From Lobosporangium transversale (taxonomy: Eukaryota), in assembly GCF_002105155.1 (NCBI RefSeq), contig NW_019028993.1, positions 186,001-250,000 on the forward strand: a stretch of 64,000 nucleotides of DNA. The letters run 5' to 3'. This document shows positions 13,666 through 25,998 of the stretch, piece by piece. Position numbers and translations under genes: made by a program. The notes below the pieces were generated by a model. The model was given only the letters and a program-made list of their open reading frames with translations, was not told where the DNA came from and made no database searches. Each line of letters opens with the position of its first letter. The stretch's first letter is position 1.

Positions 13666-14129
13666 GAAATCCTCGGGAAAACACCGGATTGATGCATTGT
13701 CCGCATTGAACAGCATGGTAGATCTCCCCTTGCTTTTTTATTTTTTTTTACCTTTTGACCTTCTTTGTTTGTTTAAATCGATTAGACTAGAGTGTATTTT
13801 CCTAGGCTAAGCCTCAAAAAACATTGTGCATTGTGCGGGTCAACACTGTGCAGGACGCGTTCTTTTCTCCTAGATTGTGAAACGAAATTGCTCACCTGTG
13901 TCCATTCAGATGGACACAGGCGGACACAGGTGGACACAGAAGGATACCAAGTCACAAAATTTTTATATTTCGCTTCACAAATCTTTTTCCACAAAATGGA
14001 TTTGTGAAGCGAAATAGACAAAATCTTTTTATGGTAGAGACAGTGTTAATGATTAAGACAGTTTTTATATTGATGAAGTATTCAATTATTTCTGCTATAG
14101 TGCGTTGGTAGCCGAGTCGAGTTAAAAAT

Positions 14130-16840
14130 GCTTTGATAGCGCTTTGATGGTGTTTTGTCTTGTTAATAGTGTTGACGATAATGCTTTTTTCTGGATGATA
14201 CTTATGCTAAACACCTTGGAATATCACAAATTTCACGACAATGGATTGCTTGTACATTGTATTTTCTCAGCCTCTTTTGGCTCAAGGATGCAGCCAACAG
14301 TTTTCTGCCTCTTGTAGCTACCTTCCCAAGTGGAATATCGTCCAGGCTTAAGCCTCTTTCGTAGGCTTCCGAGACCCCTGCATATCGGCCAGAGTGCGTA
14401 ATTTTGGCCGAATGCACGTCGCAGGCACGCATTACAGCCGCCGTAGTGCTCATTTGGGTTCGGCCAACAAGCGCTTCCTTTCGGTTCTCTAACCGTTCTT
14501 GGCTTGTTCCACCCCCTGTTAGCACCTTGATGCTGTACCACTCGTCAGGGTCCGCAAAATTGGGAAGAGGCTCCTTGAACACCTACAATAGGGAAAAAAA
14601 AAAAAATAAGGATATATGTCACTTCGTGTAATTGAATGAGAAAAAATCATACGCTCGCGTCAAGACTGACGGCATCATTTACCTGGAACTGTTCTAGCAT
14701 ATAAAATGCAAACCCGCCCACGGTGCACCTTAAGAACAGCTTATGTCGATAAGCTGTCGCATAGAGTTCGACACCTTTATGGTTTGTCTTTCCACGTGTG
14801 ATGCAGAAGACAAGCCCCGACGCCAGCTTTGACCCTGGCGCGGGGTGACGGGTCTGAATATTGAATGTGTTAGCCAGGTTCAAGTTTCGGATGTCCTCAT
14901 CCCGCAGCAACATATGATGGCGTGCAAGGAGGCATAGCCTCTCCCTCATATACTGAAATCTTGTAACACTGTCGTAAGGTCGCCTGCCGCTTACTCCAAC
15001 CGTCGGAAGCATGCGCCATGTAAAGGCCAACATACGCAGGTACATTTTAGTGTTGTAAGGTTCTCGTACGGCACAGGTGGCAGTGCGAGATAAGGTGCCT
15101 GTCGTTACTTTGTGATGGACAAGTTTCTCTCCATAATTTTTGATCGCCTCCGCTAGTGGTACATCCGTTCTTGGGTTTGGGGCGGGATTGGGATACGGAG
15201 CTGTCGAAGAAGACTGTTGCCTCCATAAGTATTGCAAAGCCTTCTTAACATTTGCGACTGTCCCCAGCGTGAGAGGAACAAAGACAATTTTGCTGCCATG
15301 TTTGTCCTCTGGTGCTTGCAGGATAACTACAAACGCAAAAGTATATCCAAAAAAAAAAAAAAAAAAAAAAAATTGTATATATAATAAAAAGTATCAACCA
15401 TTAGTGTAAATTGTAACAATCAAAGATACATTAAGGTGGATGCAGGATTAAGGAATGGTTTATTAAGTCATAATTTAGTAGGCTATTTATATTGATAATT
15501 AACACTGAGTTGCGGCCATGGTGTCTTGTCACCTGGGGTACGCGTGATGGCGGAGCCTTCCCAAAGGTTTGGATCCCAGTACTGTATAACAATTTATATA
15601 TTAATACATGGTTATCTTTACATACCTTGTTCTCTTTCATTTTCAGTCCTGATAACGGCTGCAGTCTTCCGCTTCGGCGTGATGTTCTTGCTTGAACCCC
15701 CAACAGTTACAGCTTCATGTGATGCTCGCTCCTCATCATTCAATGCTATATCAATCTGCCATTGATGTGGGTCGACTCCTTCAGGTGGCTCCATATTATC
15801 CCAGGAGGGAGGAGCCTTCTTACCTCTCTGTGCCAATGACCTCAGCTGAAGCTCCAGATCTTCATCCTGTTCCTGTTCCTGTCCTTGTTCCTGTTCCTGT
15901 TCCTGTTCCTGTCCTTGTTCCTGTCCCTGCCCCTGACCCTGTCTCCGTTCCTGATCCTGATCCTGACCCTGTTCCTGACCCTGTTCCTGACCCTGTCTCT
16001 GACCCTGTCCCTGTTGTTGACCTTGGTCTATGCTTTGGCCGTCGTCGTCATCAACTTGCTCGCTGTTATCTAATGTCTCCAGTCTCTGCTCCATGTCGCT
16101 TAGTTCATGTTCGTCGATATCTGCCTCGACTAATTCGTCGATCTCTTCTCCCTCATAGACTGCGTCTTCCCCAGCCTGAGAATTCGAAGAATCTCCTCCA
16201 CCCTGCTGGGCATACCCAATAGCGCCACGGTAGCAACGATCTGTGCCGATCAATCGCTTTACTGTTCGCTTGAAGACAACCGTTGTGAAGTATTCAAGCA
16301 TGCGTTTCGCATCGACGCTACAGTCACCTTGATAATTTTCATTGCAGTATTGCTAAAAACAAAAAAGAGAATTAGCCAAGTCGTCTAGTTTGATAGCCTG
16401 TCTGAGATAGCTCATAGCGACATTTTGATGATCCAACATACCTCCCACAGCCGGAGCTGTGTCTTATATTGATTCACTGTCGTCGATGAATCTGGATCAT
16501 CTAAAATCATCTGCAGCACACTTCTCGCCGACTCCTTCCGTGCGTTCGCCAGGGCCAGCTCTTCTTCTGTCAATGGACCGGAGTGAAGGACATTTGAGGA
16601 TAAAGAATCAGCCTCACAACGCCTAGGGCGCTTAAAAGACTTTGCACTAACTCTAGCAGTCTGTGCCACTGGTGAAGGCTCTGGAGTCGTTTCGTCAGTC
16701 AGAATAACTCTTTTTCTCCTCGGTGTTGCACGAGTGGATCCAGTGCGAGTACTTGAATTGGTTGGCTTCGTCTGACTGGTGCTTTGTTCCAAATCCATGC
16801 AGGTGAAATTGGATAAAATCTTTTCGTTGTTGTTTGTCAT
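14130..16840 (-). pseudogene. CryptonF-type tyrosine recombinase (Ndc10-like) with degraded GCR1_C-like C-terminus
   Basis: Multi-exon gene with motifs LLRDEDIR, GKTN, HKLFLRCTVGGFAFY and KITHSGR. At ~14335 a frameshift and TGG>TAG disrupt DI-HLGR(W). The catalytic-Tyr region is missing and stop-riddled GCR1_C-like sequence follows. A GQ/EQ 6-bp repeat lies at 15865-16020. Confidence 0.8.
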
Positions 16841-17944
16841 TTTGAAAGTGAGCAAGCAGGAATGAACCTTTGAAAATGCGAATGTGCCGTTATTTTTCTC
16901 AGTTTTAGTCAGGGGAGAGGGTAAGTCTACTCTGTGTATTGTAGGTTTTATTGTTTTATTGTGTATATGAATGTATGGAGGAATGAAGGCGTGAAATAAA
17001 GAAGAAAGAAAGAGATCTTTAGCATGCCATGATGACATTGTTAAAATTTCGATGGATTTGATGTCAATTCAAATTTCAGGACAAGTGTCGGAGTAAAAGC
17101 CACAAAACGGACACATGTCTTGTACGTACAGACATGAAACATAATACCCTTAAATGGAAAAAGGACTGGATTTGGCATCATAATCCATTATAGATGTAGT
17201 GAAAAGACATGTGCCTGAATTCTAACCTCTGTGTCTCTGTGTCTGTACGTGAAACCTATGAAACATTTTGCCTATTAATGGGCATACACTGGAATTTGAC
17301 TTAATAAACTATTACAGTATCATGTATTCGATTTGTATTTTCAGTTGTCAGAAGAAAGTTTCAGTCTTCTCTTTATACTTCCCTTTGTGTCCATGGCACT
17401 CTCAAGCTCATTTCTCGTATCAAAAAGTTCGAGCTCGAATTGTGCGAGCCTGGTAATCAATGCCAATTTGTGTCGTTTCAGGCTGACAAGCACGCCTATT
17501 CATAAAAAGTCAGCAACTATTTATTATTATTCTATATACATAGTTCTTCAGATTGGGTGGATGCTACCACGTTGAATGGTGTTTACGTTATAGAAGATAT
17601 TATGTCCTTACTACACTTTTGGTAGAACATGCTCCGCATGCATCGACATTTGTTGCTGAATAGATATCATTTGCCCCAAAATAGGTCCCGCAATAAGGCT
17701 CGTGACGTGACAGCCAGGTTACCCAACTCGACCCGAAGCCTTTCTGACTAATATATAAATATAGATTAAGGTATAGATACATAAAGTAAATTGTTTGTCA
17801 TTAATGAAGAGAGAGTGTTTTAATGCAATCAATGCGAAATATACAAAGTAACAGCTATTTAAACAGATCTGCAAAATTATAAAGCCTATGTCAACAAAAT
17901 GGGACGTCCTTACAATGCTGGGTAAAAAAAAAATAGAATTGCTG

Positions 17945-19811
17945 TTAGACAGTCAACAGCTCATTGTCAATTCTTTGAGTATTGCCACTGTCCTTCCAGC
18001 GAGCATTCATCCGCACTGTATTAAAACTCCTATCGTGCCAGAAATGCACCAAATTCGCCCCTTGGTCCAGTTCCGCGTTGGTTTGCCAGTATGGGTACTT
18101 AAAATAGTCGTCCTCACAGGTAAAATGAACAACCCAAGCTTCTTCTGCTGGGAGTAAACGTTTGTAAGTTAGCGTCTTGCTGATATGGCCCTTAATAGAA
18201 GTTTGACTCCCTGTAGCCAAAAGCTCGATAACAACCGTAGGGTTTCCTGCTTTCTTGATGACAATGTCACTATATTTGTGGTCCTCACGCTCACGGAGGT
18301 GCCACTGACCAATGATCTCATACTCTTCTGTTTTGTTTAGCCAGTTGGTGAGAACCCTCATCAATTCCGCGTCATAGACGCTCTCTCGAGGGACACTGAC
18401 ATTGCAGTCGCCCATAACCTTAACTGTTTTCCCCGATCCTTTGTATGATCGACTTCCCGCCTGCATAATCAAGTTTTTATCGAAAAATCGAAGAGCAATC
18501 TTCATAATCTCTAGAATATCCAATGATCCTCCTCTTTTCTTTGGGGGTGACTCCGAAGGAGCGTGGGGATATTTTGATGGGATAATATATCTCCTCACAA
18601 ACGAGTCAATGAATGCTGAGGCCATACAGTATTTACTGCCATCAAGTCTTATCAGCACCCCTTCTGCAGTTAGGAAGTCTGCCAATCTCTGTTTTTCCAT
18701 GTCTGAGATAGATATAACGCCGAGATACCCAATAAAATATGTTCGGAGAAGATTAACAGCATCTGTAGCTGATTCACTCAAAAGTGAATCAACCATCCTT
18801 CTAAAAGTATGGTACGAAAACATCCTCTCATTCTGATTGTCTATGGAGAAGTCCTGCCATGTATCGTAATCGAGACAATTCGTCGAGTCGTTGACTTTCG
18901 AGCGAAGATCCTCATGAATGGAGCGTCCACAAAGACAAATCATTCCTGGATGACTATTGATATTGAGCACAATTCATTGTATTAGAATGGCACATCAACT
19001 CGTGGAGAGTTAACTAAGCTTAAAAAACATACCCATTTGACTTCGAGTGTACGTCTCGAATAATCTCATCATCTATTTTAATCATCTCATCCTTCGCATA
19101 GTCATTAAAGAGCTGCTGCGTTTGATCAAGAGTGAAATACGGGTTCCTGTGAATCTCACTGATATTGAAAGGAGATACACGTTGATTTGTTGAGCTCAAG
19201 TCTTGAAGGCTAAAAGTCCCGCATACAACAATACTGTCAATGGCGTATAAATGGTTGTTCTGTCGGATTGCTCGAAACGCCTGTAAGCATTGGTTGCGGA
19301 TCTCGTCGCTTGCGTTAAACAGTAAATCAAACTCGTCAACCAAGATGACAATCTTCTCGTCCTTGAATTTAGTTCGACCGAAAGCATCGAGAAAATCAGC
19401 TTGGGTTGTAATGTCATCGACTTTATAGTTGCGGCGAAGAGCTTTTCCAAAAATTCTCCAGAAATCAGACTCATCATTGATAACTTCCTCAAATGAAACT
19501 CTAGATAGAAGGAATGAGCGTAAGAGCAGGTACAACATCAGAGACAAATTCAAAAGATGAGGGTAAACTTACATAAAACAACGGTATCCACTTTCAGTTA
19601 GTTGAGTTATAAGTCCATTCAACCTTGTTGTCTTTCCAGATGCACGTGCACCAATGAGCATTGCTAACTCGTGATTTGTAACAGCATTCAAAATTCTCCT
19701 GTTCACGTCATGCTTCGCAGTGTCAACATAATAGACTGATTTTATATCAATGAATCGGATCGCTCCATTAACAGTCCATCTCTTCTTTTTCAAAACTGGC
19801 GATACTAGAAG

Positions 19812-19844
<33 letters not shown>

Positions 19845-20647
19845 AGCAAGACCTGTCAGAAGAGAAAAATAAAGAATCGGTTTCCAATCCTTAAGGGAGA
19901 ATTAGCTTACATAAGTCACATAAGTCATCGGCCGTCCTTTTTTTCTCCAAGTCTGTTGGTAAAGGAAGCAATGATAGAAATTGGCAAAAAAAAAGAAAAA
20001 GAAAAAGCATCAGAGGTAGCCGTCAAGCACATGTGCGATGATTAACCTTTTGAAAAAAGAAGAGAACCAATTAAACAAATGAGTCTTACTCGAAGTGGAA
20101 GTAGACGGATCTAAACCGCAATAATGCAAAACCAAAAATAAAAAAAGATGGATCATTAGACATAATCAATGATTAGAACAAGCGTCACCACATGGCAAGT
20201 AATTAAATGCTTGCATGCCGCAGTAGCAAGCAATTAGAATTTAAATAAGCTCAAAATGGAAGCAGCAATCAAAAAGACGCAATTGCAGACTATGATGTCA
20301 TACACAAAAGTTTGAGAACAAATAGCCAATCCCTTACCTTCCAATGGCCGCTGAATAATGACGTTGATAGTCTCCTCAGGTAGAGGCGATGTGCCAAATA
20401 TCTTGGAGATCTTGCTTGTTGCTCTGATGAGTAGCTCCTTTGATTCAATATTGGCGAGATTGATTGTAGCGCCCTCATCAGGAACAGAGACGTGGAAGAG
20501 CATCAATTTGTCAGCTGCAATGTCGTTGAATTCAGGTTCTTTTTCCTTCTTGATTGCTTTTTTGAGGTCGCCGATAGTGTCTTCTACTGAGACCTCAACA
20601 GGGAATGCCGTGGATTGTCCATCAAGAAGGCAAAATAGTTTTGTCAT
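17945..20647 (-). CDS. Crinkler (CRN) protein copy 1: ubiquitin-like CRN header + AAA+ NTPase + PD-(D/E)xK-like nuclease
   Basis: Header KLFCLLDG...DTIGDLKKAIK...ADKLMLFHV...INVIIQRP; Walker A GARASGKTT; Walker B IVILVDEFD; SNGHPG; YSDIVIK...VVIELL. Six exons including two micro-exons. Confidence 0.9.
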
Positions 20648-20694
20648 GATCGAATGATGATGAAATGCGAGAGGGAATCGGGAGAGGTAAAAAG

Positions 20695-20832
20695 CAAATG
20701 AAAGTAGAGAAATGAAGGAAGGTAGAGAAAGGAATGAAAGTAGAGAAAGGAATGAAAGTAGAGAAAGGAATGAAAGTAGAGAATGAAAATGAATGAAGGT
20801 TGAGAAAGGAATGAAAGCACAAGGAATGAAAG
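20695..20832. repeat. 18-bp tandem repeat (GAAAGTAGAGAAAGGAAT) just upstream of CRN copy 1
   Basis: About 4-5 good units plus degenerate units, forming a CT-rich leader on the coding strand. Confidence 0.75.
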
Positions 20833-21188
20833 TGCGACGTTTAAATTTGTTTTTATGTCAAACGGTGACTGCGATCTTTATTTATTACGAATTGACTGTA
20901 AGGATTCAATAGCTTTTTTTAGCTTCCTCAATGGCCTTGTCGATATCTGCACGCATCTTGTCCAAATCAATTTCGGATTGAGTGTCATTGCACTGCTTGA
21001 CGATTTCAGTGCAGGCCGGTTGTTCGGTTTTTGTCCGTATGAACCCGGTAGCATGAGCTTTAAGACTATCGGAAACAGTAAAAGTTTTCCCACACTCTGA
21101 ATAAATATACAGAATAACAAATGGAGAAGAGATTATGTAATATAGTGAGCCTAATTCGCTGGAGATAAAAAAATGAGCCCAAATTAAA

Positions 21189-21219
<31 letters not shown>

Positions 21220-21747
21220 CATTTCATGAAATATAAAAGGCGAGATATGCAAAGGAAAAGAAAAAAAACAGACAGCAAAAATATCTCCCTTCTATCCCTT
21301 TTATCCAAACATTAGTTGAGTATTGACATCAGTATAGAAGACATAGGCCTGCGAGTATAAAATATAAAAATACAAAAATATAAAAATATAAAAAATGTAC
21401 GTGATAAGAGGACGAAATGGTCTAAAGGTCACCGCTACACGTATTACCGATAAGGTTTACCAATAATCCAATTCGTTGTTTACGTGTCACTCCTACAAAT
21501 GAGGATGCTCGTACGCGATAATTGTGGTTGTAAAATGAGCTGACAACGGAAATAATAGAATAAAAATAACAAATCGAAGCTCAGGATATTGCCAAATAAC
21601 TCCCTCTGTCGTTCTCTTCTCCTATTCCTCTTATCCAAACCGTTATAAGGTGAGTGCAGGCATTCAGGTCTGAGATGACGCTCGTATTTTAAAATTGAAA
21701 AAGTAAAGCCATAAAAACATAAATAATGAAATGATAATAAAAAAGAG

Positions 21748-21778
<31 letters not shown>

Positions 21779-21804
21779 TGAAAAGAAATAATAATAGTAA
21801 CAAT

Positions 21805-22950
21805 ATAGTAATAAGATTTTCTGGAATGTACTGAGTAGTCGACTGGACCATGGCCGCGACGCCCTTGTACTTCTCGCTCTAAATCAAGCACTAGATCATC
21901 ACTAAACAATTCCGTAACAGCAATCAAATAGGACCCCACGATAAGAGAACGAGACGTCTCATTGGCATAAATATCCTTCATGGTGTTTTGTCGTTTCTTG
22001 AGCTCTTGAATGAGTTCGTCCTTGAGTGATATGGCTTTTTCAGATTCTAGAGGAACTGCCTCAATACCTTCGAAATAAGGTAGATCTGCTATTGTCGGCT
22101 TATTGCTGTCACATAGGCTGTACTCTGCACATACTTCGTCAAGTGTCCATGATGAGTAGCATTTGGATGGACACGCTAACGAAATATAAAGATTGCAGTT
22201 TCGTTTCTTTGCAAGTATCAATGTTGTTTGCAAATGATCGTCATCCAGAATTATTTGGTACTTTGATGTCGATAAAGGCCCATCATAACTATAAATCAGT
22301 AGATTTGGGTCGTTCCGATGTGATGGTGCGAGTTGTAGTAATACTTCTTTGAATTTGTTGAGAGTAGCAGATTGAATGTTGCAGTTCCAAGGCGAGCTTT
22401 TTTTGATGCCTCTAAAAAAGATCAAGAACCCTATTTTTCAAATTATCCAATTATAGAATTAGAAAGTTGTACTTTTGCACTTTGTAGCAATCAATTATAC
22501 TAGTGTAATGGTTGCATAAGACTTACTGGTAGGGCCATCAAGAAATAAGTTAAATCAGAGAGCGTCTTTCGAAGTACGGCAACCTCCGGCACCACTGACA
22601 CTACTAAGTAATAAAATAAGAAATTTAAAACAAATGTATGAGAATCCAACGAAAAAAAAAAAAAAAAAAAAAAAAAATTGAAAATGGCCCGGTTGTATAA
22701 TACCTGGCCGTCCTACGATGACGTTGATAGTCTCCTCAGGCAGAGGTGATGTGCCAAATGCCTTGGAGATCTTGCTTGTTGCACGAAGTTTTTTTCATCT
22801 CGGTGTTCTGAAAGTGTGATAGTTTTTTCGTCCTCATCGTCAGCGATTACGATGGAGACATGGAAGAGATTCAATTTGTCGGCAGCAATGTCGTCGAATT
22901 CAGGTTCCTTCTTCTTCCTGATTGCATCTTTGAGATCATCAACTGTGTCT
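21805..22950 (-). pseudogene. CRN gene 3: CRN header + a different REase-like C-terminus, truncated at both ends
   Basis: DTVDDLKDAIRKKKEPEFDDIAADKLNLFHV...(frameshift)RATSKISKAFGTSPLPEETINVIVGRP. Downstream exon ...ANETSRSLIVGSYL...EREVQGRRGHGPVDYSV breaks off before the ExK motif. The start codon region is absent. Confidence 0.75.
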
Positions 22951-23213
22951 CCTTAATCCCACAATAGCGAGTTTTCGCAACTGCGTTTTTACATCAAAAT
23001 TTACATCGGGAAGTGAAAAAAAAACCTTAAAACACAACTCTATTTTTTAAAAACCAGCTTGTCGTAAATTTGTAATGTAAACCACATCAAGATCCGTATT
23101 TCCTGTACTTTTACATCAAGCCCAGAATTGCTTAATTTAGCCAAAAAACTATATAAAATTGCCAATTATATATTTTTCCCAAAAAAAGACGCGTTCTATC
23201 AGACTAGAATTCA

Positions 23214-24188
23214 ATGCCATCAAGAGACCTCTGCTCTATTAGTCATCAATGCTCAAACCTGAAGTCATTTAAAACGATGGCATGTGGTGTTCACGAAGCT
23301 TTACTCTCTGCTCTTCCTTTCACCGAAAACTTTAGCACATATCAGAAAGTTTCTACAATGAACACTTACACAACACATGATGAGTTGTACAACGAGGCTT
23401 CCTTTGAGGATTTATCGATTGAGGACACGCTCCAAGCGAATTCTGTGGGTGATATAGAGGAAGCGGGATCAGATTCTGAATCACCTTTATCACCTTCTAA
23501 GTCACGAAAAAAGCCGTGCCGATTGTTCATGCAGCCGCTACACGAAAAAGTTCTTCTTCAGGCAATTATCAGCAATCCTCCGTTTGCTAAGGATGATAGG
23601 ACAGTTAATCAACGGTGGCAGAGTGTTGTCGATCGAGTTCAACAGACAGATTTATCTCCCCTCCGCATTGGCCCGCCTATTTACAGCGGCGTTACAGTAC
23701 GCAATGCTAGAAGCGCATGGGAAGCGATGGCACAGGATCATAAAAAATATTTAAGAGAAAAAGCTGCGGCGACTGGTATTATTGGAGAAGAGGACGAGCG
23801 CCGTCATTTAATCAACCTGGCATATGAGCTGGAGCAGGAAGCTCACCAACAAAGAACAAACAATCTAGAGAATCGTAAGCGTGTTCATGAAGCATATCTG
23901 CAGAACAACAGAGATGGTGAGGCTTTGCGAGAAGCTGCTATGTCGCGAGCCGCACGAAAACGTTCTTCAGATTCTTCCGAAACCTCATCTTCGACGGACA
24001 TAAGTCGACAACGGAAAATGAGACGCACAAGGGATAATAGCGAGCTGAGCAAGCTAGTTATTGAAACAAAAGAATATTTGGAGTATTCAAAAGCCGCTGA
24101 AGCAGAACATCGTGCCGACATCAAAGAGATATTGAGGGCTGTGCAGAGTAGTTGTGCAGCACTCCATGAACTATTAGCAAAGAAATAA
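23214..24188 (+). CDS. Harbinger ORF1, Myb/SANT-like DNA-binding protein (start may be 23358)
   Basis: HEKVLLQAIISNPPF...QRWQSVVDRV...VTVRNARSAWEAM trihelix-like segment, basic RKRS patch and coiled-coil end. Lies inside the TIRs. Confidence 0.75.
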   Translation: MPSRDLCSISHQCSNLKSFKTMACGVHEALLSALPFTENFSTYQKVSTMNTYTTHDELYNEASFEDLSIEDTLQANSVGDIEEAGSDSESPLSPSKSRKKPCRLFMQPLHEKVLLQAIISNPPFAKDDRTVNQRWQSVVDRVQQTDLSPLRIGPPIYSGVTVRNARSAWEAMAQDHKKYLREKAAATGIIGEEDERRHLINLAYELEQEAHQQRTNNLENRKRVHEAYLQNNRDGEALREAAMSRAARKRSSDSSETSSSTDISRQRKMRRTRDNSELSKLVIETKEYLEYSKAAEAEHRADIKEILRAVQSSCAALHELLAKK

Positions 24189-24196
24189 AAAAAATT

Positions 24197-25300
24197 TTAT
24201 TCGTGATAAGGAACCTCATCGTATAGATCAGGCCGAATATATTCATCAATTGCAGGGGGATCTACTTCAAAATGGGATGATGTGTTTGATCCATAGTAGC
24301 ATGTATGGATATTTGTGAAGATCACTGCACATTGATAGCATCGGGCAACAGGGGAAAGCAACACTTTGAGGTTTTTTTTGAAATCAATAAAGGCGAATAA
24401 TCCCGCAACTTTACCAAATCCCCATTCGACAGCTATTCGATGTTTGGACATGGAGCTATTGAAAGGCTGTTGCAGTGGAGTTAATGGAACAGGAGCTGTT
24501 CTATATGGTATCAGTACGTGTTGTGTAAGCATATAAGCTGGGTCTCCATAAATAGCGAGAGGTTCCCTGTCTTCTGTCCAAGCATGTTCCTCTAAAACCT
24601 CCTGTAAACCAGATGTCCGCATTATGGTCAGATCATGAGTCCTTCCATCAAAAGGGCCTCGCAAGTCAACGATTATTCCGTCGGGAGTCAGGACGGATTG
24701 ATACTTGAAACCATGGCTGTGATAGTGGCCATTGTAAATTGAACGCTGGCCAAAACTTGGGCGAGCAGAGGCGCGTAATGTACCATCAACGAAAGCAAAA
24801 CAACAATCTAATGGAGCGCCAGCACTAAATATTTTACTTGCAAACCCGGAAAGCACAGCGGGGGTGAGTCGGATAGGGTCGAAGGTAAGGAGTCTTGCCC
24901 ATCGGATGGTTACAAACCGAACAACAAGGTTAAATATTCTACTAAGGGCCGGAATAGAGCGACCGAAGACTTGCATTGCGGTGTAGAGTCGACAAGGATA
25001 TGCAAGTCGATACAGCAAGATAGCTAACCCTTCAAAAGCATCAACAATGTCGCGTTGAATAGTTTGAAAGTACTCAGGAAACCGAAGGTGAGTAATTATT
25101 TCTCGCATTTGTCCTTTGGAAAATCTGAATATCATACGAAAATCTGCATCAGAAAGAGCATCCAAATCGATACGATTATTATGGAGCCGAGGTACCTGAA
25201 AGTCGACAATGCCCTCGTAATTGTCATTCTCGTCTTCGTCAAGGAACTGCTGGAGGTTGGCGAGGTTTGAGAGAATGGTTGCAAAGTGGACGTTTGACAT
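24197..25300 (-). CDS. Harbinger DDE transposase (HARBI1/DDE_Tnp_4 family), 367 aa
   Basis: FRMIFRFSK, FAFVDGT, YNGHYHSHGFKYQ, GRTHD, IYGDPAY, RIAVEWGFG motifs; open and intronless. Confidence 0.93.
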   Translation of the reverse strand: MSNVHFATILSNLANLQQFLDEDENDNYEGIVDFQVPRLHNNRIDLDALSDADFRMIFRFSKGQMREIITHLRFPEYFQTIQRDIVDAFEGLAILLYRLAYPCRLYTAMQVFGRSIPALSRIFNLVVRFVTIRWARLLTFDPIRLTPAVLSGFASKIFSAGAPLDCCFAFVDGTLRASARPSFGQRSIYNGHYHSHGFKYQSVLTPDGIIVDLRGPFDGRTHDLTIMRTSGLQEVLEEHAWTEDREPLAIYGDPAYMLTQHVLIPYRTAPVPLTPLQQPFNSSMSKHRIAVEWGFGKVAGLFAFIDFKKNLKVLLSPVARCYQCAVIFTNIHTCYYGSNTSSHFEVDPPAIDEYIRPDLYDEVPYHE

Positions 25301-25501
25301 GTTGGCGATTTTTTTATTTTACAGGGCGAAGTATTTATTTAAAAATCAGTCACAGTGTTAGAAATACATGGAAAAATGTTCTGTGTATTATTAATGGCGA
25401 AAATGAAAATGGCCATTTTTTCGAAAACACATCAAGCCCATTTAAGTTCATTCTCAGCTGATGTAAATCCTTGATGTAAATTTGGTTGCGAAAACTCGCT
25501 A

Positions 25502-25820
25502 ATGAGTGAATCCGACATTTGTGCCAAAGGACTCGTGGAAAAAAAGAAAAAATCCGGCGAAAAATTACTCCGGGAATATCATGATCATTTAAATCGCTAT
25601 CATTCAAGCACCCCTATTGAGATCAAATTAACCTTTTCTCATTCATCGTGATCCCACGTCAGAAATGGCCTTTATCACTCCCTGTAAAAAAAGGTTTTCC
25701 CCCCGTACATCTGTATTGCGACACTGCAAGACGTGTAAAGAATGCCAAAAATTAATCGAAAATTATGCACCGCCGGGCCCTCCTGTCTCGGAAGCCAATA
25801 CTTCAGCAGATAGCCATCTC
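25502..25820 (+). pseudogene. Degenerate zinc-finger gene fragment (paralog at ~49658-50002)
   Basis: EYHDHLNRYH and PCKKRFSPRTSVLRHCKTCKEC in broken frames; clear DNA similarity to 49658-50002. Confidence 0.45.
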
Positions 25821-25998
25821 TTATATTAAAATACTACAAAAAATTGTGTGACAGCCAAAAAAGGTGACTTTGAAAAGGCGAAGTGACTGGTGGGATACGA
25901 TGAAACAAAAATAAACAAAAGAGAAACAAAAATAAACGATGAAACAAAAAAAAAAAAAAAAAAAAAAAAAAAGCATGTATCATGAAGCTTCTTTGATA

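Larger units (their letters stand above)
22966..25500. mobile_element. Complete PIF/Harbinger DNA transposon (2535 bp)
   Basis: Perfect 16-bp TIR AGCGAGTTTTCGCAAC; 3-bp TSD AAT (22963-65, 25501-03). The empty site CCACAATGAGTGAATCC is seen in the paralogous sequence at ~49652. Two ORFs. Confidence 0.92.

Noticed and set aside
17945..20647. Bacterial NTPase+nuclease defence gene or contamination
   Set aside because: Five spliceosomal introns and a CRN header show it is a resident eukaryotic gene.
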